Of a stretch of DNA of 64,000 nt, positions 11,876 through 21,544 are shown piece by piece (the stretch's first letter is position 1; every line of letters starts with the position of its first letter). The stretch spans positions 96,864,969 to 96,928,968 of the forward strand of contig NC_092370.1 of NCBI RefSeq assembly GCF_030028105.1, given 5' to 3'. The notes beneath the pieces were generated by a model that worked only from the letters and a program-made list of their open reading frames with translations, ran no database searches and was not told the origin of the DNA. This stretch comes from Mobula birostris (taxonomy: Eukaryota). A program made the position numbers and the translations under genes.

Positions 11876-13823
11876 ACCTGCTCAATTCCATTATTTGTCT
11901 TTATCACAAGGAGCGCACTATCACTGTCTTCAACAGCTACAGTCATTGGTTGAGAAATTCCTACCTTAACCTTTCCAACTATTTACCCTCTTCTTCCAAA
12001 TTACCTTCCAACATCTGCCACGAGAGATATCATCACGTTGGACCAGTTACGTAAATACACTTTGTAATCAATACACTTAAAACACGGACACAGGTGGTTT
12101 TCCTTCAGCGATATTTAATGAGCAATGAAGCAAGACAGTTGGTGGAATACTGCACCAGCAGCCTTGCAGTCCCTTTCATTTTGTCAGCAGTCACATCTAT
12201 CAACTCCCTGCTAATAGGTGAATATACTACACACAGAGAATAGTAATGGTGTGAAGTTTCAATGTGTTAATCCTAGCACACCCTGCTCATCATATTGCAC
12301 AAAGAAAACTACTACTTATGACCTTTCAGTTCAGTTTTAAACTGTCAGTCCTCAAGCATTTATAACAACTAGAGTCGGTATCATATAGAGGGATATGCTG
12401 TAGAGAAAAACCTCCTGGTTTTTATTATCATTGATGCAGCCAGTGGAAAGTATTAAATACGGCAACACAGATCAATAGATCAACCAAAATAATTGGATGT
12501 GCTCTTACTGGTTTTGCTGCACTGCTGAAATTAAGCTGGGAAGGTTTTGCTTACTTTAAAACTAACACTTAGATCTTGAGGCGTACACAGAAATTGTAAG
12601 ACAGATGGATACTGGTGTCAAGATAAATGTTTGTCCATTTCAAAGTATAGCTTAGCTGGCCAATAATAAATCAGAAGGCTATGGTTTCATAACAATAACA
12701 GCTTTGGGAGGAAAACCAAGATTACGTTACCACATCTTCAGTGAATATACTATAACACTAAGAACAAGTAAGGAGAGGGAAGTGGATCTGTACCAATCAA
12801 AAATGACTGTGTGCACAAGATAATGGATGAGAGAAACCACTCTATGCATTTTAGTTCGTTCATCGTTTGGGGAAAAACAACTCATTTTCTTTAATCACAT
12901 CATCTATACCTTGTGGAACGAGGACAGTTGTGAAACAGTTTGAAAGACAAATGGTTACATTTCTTGAGAGAATAGATGGGAAGATGTAGTAGGAAAGCTC
13001 GTAGATAGCCTGTTCAATGAACAAGGAATGGACACATTGGTCCCAGTGAAATTTTCTTGTTTCAGAATGCTTATGTGCTTTATAAATTAGATAACAACAA
13101 AGTTAGCCTCTCTTTTAATGTACTCTGTGCTTATGAGGGCAGCAATGAATGTGGTAACGTGGTTTGTGCTGAAGCTTTAGCAAATGTATTCTTTATCAAA
13201 CAAGGGCAAAACATGTTCAAATTATGCTTTGACAATTGAACATAAAATGAGTTTCTCATCTGCTATAAAGCATTCAGTACTTTCATTATTACACACACTA
13301 TTCTATACCTCTGTTCTATACACTATACCACTATTCTACAGGTGTCCCCAACTTTTCAAACGTTCGCTTTACGAAACCTCGCTGTTATGAAAGACCCACA
13401 TTAGTTACCTGTTTTTGCTAACAGTAGGTGTTTTCACTGTTATGAAAAAAGGCAGTGCGCGATACAAGGCATAAAAGGATAAAAGGATAAAAGTGCCCCG
13501 AGCAGCCAAGCTTCTCCCCCGGAACTGCATTCTCGCCGGCATTGCTTAAACACCTGCCTGTGAGCAGCCGTTAGCAGGACGAGTTCTACGGTATCGGAAA
13601 AGCCTAAAAGAGCTCGTAAGGGTGTTACACTTAGGGTAAAACTAGACATAATTAACCGTTTCAATCGTGATGAACGAAGTAAGGACAAAGTGAGTTTGGC
13701 TTGTGGAAGCTGACAAAGATGATGTTGACACGAGGAATTCTGCAGATGCTGGAAATTCAAGCAACACACATCAAAGTTGCTGGTGAACACAGCAGGCCAG
13801 GCAGCATCTCTAGGAAGAGGTAC

Positions 13824-13859
13824 AGTTGACGTTTCGGGCCGAGACCCTTCGTCAGGACT
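13824..13859 (-). ncRNA. Minimal type I hammerhead ribozyme motif (Penelope terminus)
   Basis: AGTC-CTGACGA-A-GGG-TCTCGG-CCC-GAAA-CG-TC^AACT. Core intact; one C:A mismatch at the base of stem I. Confidence 0.7.
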
Positions 13860-14154
13860 AGCTGAAGGAAGAGCTAGTAAGAGATTTGAAAGTGGGAGGG
13901 GGAGGGGGAGATCCAAAATGATAGGAGAAGACAGGAGGGGGAGGGATGGAGTCAAGAGCTGGGCAGGGTGATTGGCAAAGGGGATATGAGAGGATCATGG
14001 GACAGGAGGTCCAGGAAGAAAGACAAGGGGGGGAAAAACCCAGAGGATGGGCAAGGGGTATAGTCAGAGGGACAGATGGAGAAAAATGAGAGAGAGAGAA
14101 AGAATGTGTGTATGTAAATAAATAACGGATGGGGTACGAGGGGGAGGTGGGGCA

Positions 14155-14487
14155 TTAGCGGAAGTTAGAGCAGTCAATGTTCAGGCCATCAGGTTGGAGG
14201 CTACCCAGACGGAATATAAGGTGTTGTTCCTCCAACCTGAGTGTGGCTTCATCTTTACAGTAGAGGAGACCGTGGATAGACATATCAGAATGTGAATGGG
14301 AATGGGATGTGGAATTAAGATGTGTGGTCACTGGGAGATCCTGCTTTCTCTGGCAGACAGGGCGTAGGTGTTCAGCAAAACGATCTCCCAGTCTGCGTCG
14401 GGTCTCGCCAATATATAGAAGACCACATTGGGAGCACCGGATGCAGTATATCACCCCAGCCGACTCACAGGTGAAGTGTCGCCTCAC
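14155..14487 (-). pseudogene. Penelope GIY-YIG endonuclease domain (open reading frame, truncated element)
   Basis: 'VIYCIRCSQCGLLYIGETRRRLGDRFAEHL...RLEEQHLIFRLGSLQPDGLNID'. Confidence 0.85.
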
Positions 14488-15672
14488 CTGGAAGGACTGT
14501 CTGGGGCCCTGAATGGTGGTAAGGGAGGAAGTGTAAGGGCATGTGTAGCACTTGTTCCGCTTACAAGGATAAGTGCCAGGAGAGAGATCAGTAGGGAGGG
14601 ATGGGGGGACGAATGGACAAGGGAGTCGCTTAGGGAGCGATCCCTGCGGAAAGCAGAGAGAGGGGGGGAGGGAAAGATGTGGGATCCCGTTGGAGGTGGC
14701 GGAAGTTACGGAGAATAATATGTTGGACCCTGCGGCTGGTGGGGTGGTAGGTGAGGACCAGGGGAAAGCTATTCCTAGTGGGGTGACGGGAGGATGGAGT
14801 GAGAGCAGGTGTGCGTGAAATGGGGGAGATGCGTTTGTGAGCAGAGTTGATGGTGGAGGAAGGGAAGCCCCTTTCTTTAAAAAAGGAGGCTTCCCAATGT
14901 GGCCTTCTATATATTGGGTCGGCTGGGGTGATATACTGCGTCTGGTGCTCCTGATGTGGCCTTCTATATATTGGCGAGACCCGACACAGACTAGGAGATC
15001 GTTTTGCTGAATTCAGGGCCCCAGACAGTCCTTCCAGGTGAGGCGACACTTCACCTGTGAGTCAGCTGGGGTGATATACTGCATCCGGTGCTCCCGATGT
15101 GGCCTTCTATATATTGGCGAGACCTGACGCAGACTGGGAGATCGTTTTGCTGAACAGCTATGCTCTGTCCGCCAGAGACAGCAGGATCTCCCAGTGGCCA
15201 CACATTTTAATTGCACATCCCATTCCCATTCTGACATGTCTGTCCACGGTCTCCTCTACTGTAAAGATGAAGCCACACTCACGTTGGAGAAACAACATCT
15301 TATATTCCATCTGGGTAGCCTCCAACCTGATGGCATGAACATTGACTTCTCTAACTTCCGCTAATGCCCCGCCTCCCCCCGTACCCCATCCGTTATTTAT
15401 TTATATACACATATTCTTTCTCTCTCTCTCCTTTTTCTCCCTCTGTCCCTCTGACTATACCCCTTACCCATCCTCTGGGTTTTTTTTCCACTACTCCCCC
15501 TTTTCCTTCTCCCTGGGCCTCCTGTCCCATGATCCTCTCATATCCCTTTTGCCAATCACCTGTCCAGCCCTGGGCTCCATCCCTCCCCCTCCTGTCTTAT
15601 CCTATCGTTTTTGATCTCCCCCCCCCCCCCCGCCAACCACTTTCAAATCTCTTACTAGCTGTTCCTTCAGTT

Positions 15673-15708
15673 AGTCCTGACAAAGGGTCTCGGCCCGAAA
15701 CGTCGACT
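15673..15708 (+). ncRNA. Minimal hammerhead motif with a core mutation (CTGACAA)
   Basis: AGTC-CTGACAA-A-GGG-TCTCGG-CCC-GAAA-CG-TC^GACT. G8 is replaced by A at 15682, so it is probably inactive. Confidence 0.6.
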
Positions 15709-16225
15709 GTACCTCTTCCTAGAGGTGTTGCTTGGCCTGCTACGTTCACCAGCAACTTTAAAGATGATGTTGAAGAGGTTTCGGCATCCCATGACCAAGA
15801 ACTGATAGATGAAGAGCTGATGCAATTGGAAGAGGGAAGGATGACAATTGAAACCAAATGCAGTAGCGAGCGGACCAAAAGTGAAGTTGTCCAGGAACTG
15901 AATGTGAAGCAACTGCGTGAGATTTTCACTGCGATGACTGCAGAAAAGTACAACTTTAATTTTGAAAGGGTACATCGGTTTAGGGCATATTTGCAGGATG
16001 GTTTGAATGCTTACAAAGAACTGTATGATACAAAAATGCATGAGACTCAGCAGTCAAGCAAGCCTTCCACATCAGCCACAGCAGACGACGAACCTCGACC
16101 TTCGACATCGAGGCAGGCAGACATAAAAGAAGATGACCTGCCTGCCCTGATGGAAACAGACGACACCCCAGTGTCCCACCACCCCAACACCCAGGCCGCA
16201 GACCGATACATTGCCACGGAGAATG

Positions 16226-16411
16226 CAGCAGTAGCCGGGACACACCCAGCACATCTTTAAGAAAAAAAACGAAATAAACAAGCTAATTAATTTGGTGCCG
16301 CCCAGCACATAAATATTGGCCCAGATCAGAGGCAATTGCTACCTAATTAGTTAGCTTGTTTATTTCGTCTTTTTTCTTAAAGATGTATTAGGTGCGTCCC
16401 GGCTACTGCTG
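16226..16411. repeat. Inverted repeat with ~68-bp arms inside the Tigger element
   Basis: CAGCAGTAGCCGGGACAC...AAATAAACAAGCTAATTAATT versus AATTAGTTAGCTTGTTTATTT...GTCCCGGCTACTGCTG. Confidence 0.85.
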
Positions 16412-17236
16412 TACCCCTGCATGCTTCGCAGATCGGTATCGGCTCACTGCCCGGAGGTTGGGGACCACTGCACCACCCTAACCTCTGACGACTCAGCCTA
16501 ACACACCATCATCAGTGTGCTCGGCGCTGTCCCAATTCCGGTAAGTGATACTACACTATACATACATTATTTCTACTTTATATAGGCTGTGTATTTTTAT
16601 GTGTTATTTGGTATGATTTGGCAGCTTCATAGCTTAAAGGTTACTGGAGAGAGTGTTTCTGCTGAGAGCACTTGTGTGAGATTTTCGCTATGGAGAACAA
16701 TGCGGCAACGATTGTAGAAAAGTATTTCTACCTTATATAGGCTGTGTATTTATCATATCATTCCTGCTTTTACTACATGTTACTGTTATTTTAGGTTTTA
16801 TGTGTTATTTGGCATGATTTGGTAGGTTATTTTTGGGTCTGCGAACGCTCACAAATTGTTTCCATATAAATAAATGGTAATTGCTTCTTCACTTTACGAC
16901 ATTCCGGCTTACAAACCGTTTCATAGGAACGCTCCACCTTCAGATGGCGGGGGAAACCTGTATACACTGTTCTGCTAAGAAGAATGTATTTCACACTTGG
17001 TACCTGCAGATGATTTTACTTTTTTTCTAACCTTCGTAAACAGTTCACTTACAGCAGACAACCCCAATAGGCGAACCACAGGCCAGGTCCGGACCGTGAG
17101 AACCAAATGTCTGGACTGCACTGACCCATTGGCACTTACGTGAATGCACCTGTCATAACAAGTAAATAAAGCGTGCGCTGCTCTAATTTATTTTAACCAC
17201 ATCCCACACCGTACATTTGACCTACACCCTCGTAGA

Positions 17237-18757
17237 GTGCACAATGCCGAGTTGATTGAAACGTGTGCAATTGATATAGTTGGCCAAGTTTTAAGTCATG
17301 GTGAGAAAACCAAGAAAACGGTTGTGGAGCTATTAAAGACGGTGCCACTGTCGGCTAACGCGGCAACAAGAAGAGTAGAAGTTTTAGCAGAGGAGTGTTT
17401 TTCCAATCTATTCACTGATTTGGAGAAAGCAGAAGCCATATCACTAGCCATAGACTCGTCCTGTGACCGAACCGATATGGAAGAGCTAACTGTGTTCACA
17501 AGATTTTTTGATGGGAAGACCTTTCGGGAAGAGCTACTTTGTTTGCACCCTCTGCCTGGGCGCACACCTGGGGAAATAATTTTTAAAGAATTGATACAGT
17601 TCTTTGAGAAGAATGGCTTGGATGTGAGCAAAATTGTGTCCGTTGTCACCGATGGGACTCCATCAATGTTGGGACAACACAAGGGCTTGGTAAGCAGGTT
17701 TGCCGCTGTTAACTCAGCACTCTTGGCATTTCATTGCATTATTCACAAATCAATGTTGTGCGCTAAACTGTGTGGGGAAATGAAAGAGATGATGGATACT
17801 GTGATGAGACTGGTAAATTTCGTTTGTGAGAGTTCTGGTCTGCAATATCACCTTTTCAGAGCATTGCTGGAGGAAAAGTCAGTGGGACACAAAGATCTCT
17901 TGCTGCATAATGATATTCGCTGGCTAAGCAAAGGCCGTGTGTTGGAGAGGGTGTGCGACCTCGCAATGAGCTTGTGTCATTTTTATCCAGCCTGCAGAAC
18001 CAAAAACCCCAAGGATTTAAGAGGTTTTTAAGTGACAACAAGGTGATGGCATACGTTCTTTTCTTGTGTGGCATCATGTCTCATCTAAATCAACTTAATC
18101 TGCAATTACAAGGCAACAACCACACTGTTGCAGATACGTATGAGGCAATTGAAGCTCTCCGGTCAAAGCTGAACCTTTTGGAGAGAGACATTCATGGGAG
18201 AAAGTTGCGCTTTCCATGTCTGCAGGAGCATTGCGAGAAGAACGAAATGTGGGAGGATCCACTGATGAAGGATTTTGTGACGAACCTGGCAGAAAACTTC
18301 AGGGAACGATATGAAAGCTCCCCTAAACTCTCGGGTGACATCCTCCTCTCCTTGAGACAGCCGTTTTCTATTTCGGCTGACGGCCAGTGGACTGCAGAGG
18401 CCGAAAGGTTGGTGCCTTCCATAGATGAGGCAATTCTTCAGGTGGAGGTCTTGGAATGGGAACATCTGATTTGCTCAAAGCACAACACAAGGACGTTGGG
18501 GTGAGTGACTTTTGGATCAACGTGGTTCCCAAGCTCAATTCAAAAACGTGACAGCTATTGCAATGCTGCTACTCACATTGTTCCCCTCCATGTACATATG
18601 TGAATCATCGTTTTCTTCAATGAACCCTATCAAGAACCAGAACAGAAACAGACTCTCTAATGCACATCTTGGCCAGTGCCTCAGGATTGCCACAACAGAA
18701 TACAGGCCCGACATCAGAAGGATTGCCTCATCCCATCGCTGTCACTTCTCTCACTGA
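17237..18757 (+). pseudogene. hAT transposase pseudogene (Buster/SPIN/ZBED8/GTF2IRD2-like), two frameshifts
   Basis: Catalytic motifs across three ORFs: 'SLAIDSSCD' (D), 'VVTDGTPSM' (D), 'HCIIH' (CxxH), 'RWLSKG', 'CESSFS' (E). No N-terminal BED finger. Confidence 0.9.
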
Positions 18758-18986
18758 TAGGTGAGTGAATCAATTTATTTTTGTCCATTTGTCAATCTTA
18801 TTGTGGTATAATATTACAACAATAATACTGATAATTTCATTTATAGCTACACTTCATACTTCAAATGGAACATAACTTAATTAAATGAGAGAACAGAAAC
18901 AGTGGAAAAGGCAGTACTAATAAAACTCTTCGTGTGGAAGAGAAGTGTTCTTTCTGTGGAAGAAAAGTGGTGAAGACTACCATGTT

Positions 18987-19028
18987 TGGGGGGGGTGTGT
19001 GTGTGTGTGTGTGTGTACGCGCGCGCAT
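18987..19028. repeat. (GT)n-(GC)n alternating purine/pyrimidine microsatellite
   Basis: G-run followed by GTGTGT...ACGCGCGCGCA. Confidence 0.9.
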
Positions 19029-19082
19029 GTATTTTGAGTCCCAGATGAGTTTTCCGTGTGACAGCTGACAGTTGTGATAGCT

Positions 19083-19400
19083 TTAAAGGCATCCGTTAGT
19101 CTTGCGAGACCATGGATCTCCACCTGGAAAGTCTTCACTCTCCAGGGCGTAGGCCTGGGCAAGGTTGTATGGAAGACCAGCAGTTGCCCATGTTGCAAGT
19201 CTCCCCTCTCCACAACATCGATGTTGTCCAAGGGAAGGGCATTAGGACCCATACAGCTTGGCACCAGTGTCGCAGCAGAGCACTGTGTGATTAAGTGCCT
19301 TACTCAAGGACACAACATGCTGCCTCGGCTGGGGCTCAAACTCACGACCTTCAAATCACTAGTCGAATGTCTTAACCACTTGGCCACATGCCCACACGTG
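19083..19400 (-). mobile_element. Full-length tRNA-derived SINE with CORE-like middle and RTE-like tail
   Basis: A box TGGCCAAGTGG (19376-19386); B box GAGTTTGAGCC (19333-19343); CORE-like TTGTGTCCTTGAGTAAGGCACTTAA; TSD GTT(G/A)TGATAGCT at 19071-19082 and 19401-19412. Confidence 0.85.
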
Positions 19401-19517
19401 GTTATGATAGCTGGAGTCATAATTAAATGGTTGGTTTTGGACCTATTTTGTTTCAAGAGTGCATTTTTTTTTTCTTGTGTGACCCACAACACAGACTTTG
19501 AGAATCCCAGGCCTAAA

Positions 19518-19575
19518 TTATTACTACTACTACCACCACTACCACTACTACTACTACTAATAATAATAATAATGA
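19518..19575. repeat. Compound (CTA)n/(CCA)n/(TAA)n microsatellite
   Basis: Read directly from the sequence. Confidence 0.9.
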
Positions 19576-20694
19576 TGGTAATAGCAGCAACAACATTTGC
19601 CCATAAAACAACTTACTGGCACAATGAAAAAAACTCTGGATGTTTTGGCCCTTGGCTTGGCATGCTTGACATAATTTGGCCCTTGTGGAAAACTAATTGG
19701 GGAACCCTGACTTACAGCATTTAAAAAAAAATAATAGCTTTGATGAGTATTTGAGTTTGCTAGTAACATGTTATGGTTGTTAAAGGTGCTAAACCCATTC
19801 CTTTTAGCCATGGAGAAGAAAAATGAAAAAAAAAAATCAGCCTCATTTCGTATTTGGAAAATATCAAGGCAATCCCTTATTCATCTTGGCCTACCATCTA
19901 TTTCAGCAAAATAAAGAGACAAGCACATTGGCAGGTTTAGTGTTACTAATCAGTGTTGAATGGTGATAGACAATTGACCATCCCATTGAAGATTTCCATC
20001 TTCAACATTGATAGGGCCCTACTACCACTATTTCTTCAGTGAGTGCAAAAGTTAAGCACTGAAGCACTCATGACCATGTCTACAGAGGTGTGCTAAGTGG
20101 GTGATCCAACTGGGTTTCTATCTGAGATCTCCACCATCAAAAACAAGTGTTGAACCAATTTAATTCACTCCACACAATACCTAGAAATGGCTGACACCAT
20201 TGCAGACAATAAAGGCTATAGCATCAAAGGAGCTGCAGTACTGAAAAACTGCAATCCAAGAATAACTACAGTTCCGACCAAACTGCTCTAGTACATCTAG
20301 CCAGCGATGCGGGACAATTACATAGGCTTTCCATTTTCCCAAAAGAAATCAAGGGCAATCTAACTTGGTTAATTATTTCCTAATTAATCTATGTTTATTT
20401 ATCAGCTAATTGAAGGCAGGTGTTGTCATTTGTGCTATCAATCACTATTTACTCATTGGCACCTTGCTCACCAATACCCATTTTAGATTTTCAAAGGAGC
20501 ACTTAACCCAAACATTGACCAAAAGCTGAACACTCAACGATTCAGAAACAGCTTCTTCCCATGCTATCCAATTTCTGAATGGACATTGCGCCCATGAATA
20601 GCACCTCACGACTATTTTTTTAATTTCCTATTTTTTGCACTACTCATTTAATTTAATTATATATAGACATATACATACACATACATACTGTAAT

Positions 20695-20845
20695 GGTTCC
20701 AAGGTTGTCTAGCCGAGGAGTGGTAGTGGGGACAAGCTCCCACTACCTAAAAGTACTCCTCACGGCATGACAACCAAGTCCAGCTACTGGCCTTCTCATG
20801 TGGCTTAGCCTCTAAGCCCGGCGGAACTGTTTCTACTGACAGGAG
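20695..20845 (+). ncRNA. Candidate HDV/CPEB3-like self-cleaving ribozyme
   Basis: P1 GGTTCC(20695-700)/GGAACT(20823-28); P2 CTACTG(20784-89)/CAGGAG(20840-45); P3 GCC(20790-92)/GGC(20820-22); L3 TTCTCAT; GT after P1; J4/2 CTGA(20836-39). Confidence 0.6.
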
Positions 20846-21272
20846 AAGGGGCGAAGGCGGGTCCCGGTGCCTTAAAACCAGTGCTTCGGGTAGATGGAGC
20901 TCGTCAGCCTGGGAAGGCAGTCCATCTAAGAGAGGGAAAGCTCTGATTTTAAACCTCCGCTGCCTTGTGGCCATACCCACTCATGGGAGAGGCTTCAAGA
21001 TTAAACCCTGAGGACAAGTCTGGAGCTGGAGTCCCTAATGCAGTACAATGTTGCCTTCAAGCTCGTTCTGGCAACTCCTGCAACGACACTGGCGCCAAGC
21101 TGTATCGGCCCTTGCCCTTCCCTTGGACAACATCGGTGTCGTGGAGAGGAAAGAATTGCTGCATGGGCAACTGCCGGTCTTCCATACAACCTTTTCCCAC
21201 ACCTGTGCCCTGGAGAGTGAAGACTTTCCAGGCGCAGATCCATGGTCTCGCGAGACTAACGGATGCCACCAC
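20695..21272 (+). mobile_element. Full-length non-autonomous RTE-like retroelement (578 bp, non-coding)
   Basis: 11-bp TSD CATACTGTAAT at 20684-20694 and 21273-21283. RTE-like 5'UTR motif GGGAAAGCTCTGATTTTAAACCTCCGCTGCCTTG (family from recall). 3' end TCCATGGTCTCGCGAGACTAACGGATGC(CAC)n. Confidence 0.75.
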
Positions 21273-21544
21273 CATACTGTAATATAAAGTTTTTTTCTAT
21301 TTTTATGTATTGCATTGTCCTGCTGTCACAAAGTTAACAAGTTTCATGACATAGGCCAGTGATATTAAACCTGATTCTGATTTTAATTCCAGAGGTGAGG
21401 TGAGAATTAATGGCCCTGACATGGAAACAAAATTTGGCTGAGGTTGGCATTAAGGACTTATGATAAAAGAGGCTACATTCACACTTAAATCGTCTCCACC
21501 CGAGAATCTCACTGCAAGGTTTTCTCAAAGTAATAAACCGGCTT

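Larger units (their letters stand above)
13729..15759. mobile_element. Penelope-like retroelement insertion with inverted (tail-out) structure and 14-bp TSD
   Basis: TSD AAAGATGATGTTGA at 13715-13728 and 15760-15773. The minus arm is 13729-~14890 and the plus arm ~15012-15759; they share about 750 bp. Confidence 0.9.
13339..16960 (+). mobile_element. Tigger/pogo-family internally deleted DNA transposon, host of the Penelope insertion
   Basis: TA-flanked ends CAGGTGTCCCC... and ...GGGGAAACCTG. CENP-B-type N-terminus 'KPKRARKGVTLRVKLDIINRF' (about 13598-13690) joins directly to the acidic C-terminus 'KDDVEEVSASHDQELIDEELMQLEE'; the DDE core is absent. Confidence 0.85.
17052..19511 (+). mobile_element. 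hAT (Buster/Charlie group) DNA transposon; ends approximate
   Basis: Charlie-like subterminal GGCCAGGTCCGGACC at about 17081; transposase inside; right end near TTTGAGAATCCCAG. Confidence 0.7.
20525..21382 (+). mobile_element. Rex1/Babar 3' tail, host of the RTE-like insertion
   Basis: ACTCAACGATTCAGAAACAGCTTCTTCCC ... GTGATATTAAACCTGATTCTGATT. Confidence 0.65.

Noticed and set aside
15364-16260. Longest ORF in the window (298 aa)
   Set aside because: It is a chance read-through from the Penelope pyrimidine tract across the TSD into the Tigger C-terminal remnant; not a real gene.
17237-18757. Domesticated ZBED/GTF2IRD2-like host gene
   Set aside because: Two frameshifts, no N-terminus, and transposon-like flanks.
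19325-19400. Possible tRNA genes (also 46858-46925 and 49274-49335)
   Set aside because: These are SINE heads: A/B boxes continue into SINE bodies with tails, and no complete cloverleaf is evident.
19074-19724. 216-aa ORF with a hydrophobic stretch
   Set aside because: Antisense SINE plus hAT end plus microsatellite; the poly-L/I comes from (CTA)n/(ATA)n.
20846-20862. GGCGAA as the HDV J4/2 strand
   Set aside because: The following GGCGGGT has no correctly placed P2 partner, whereas CTGA-CAGGAG does.
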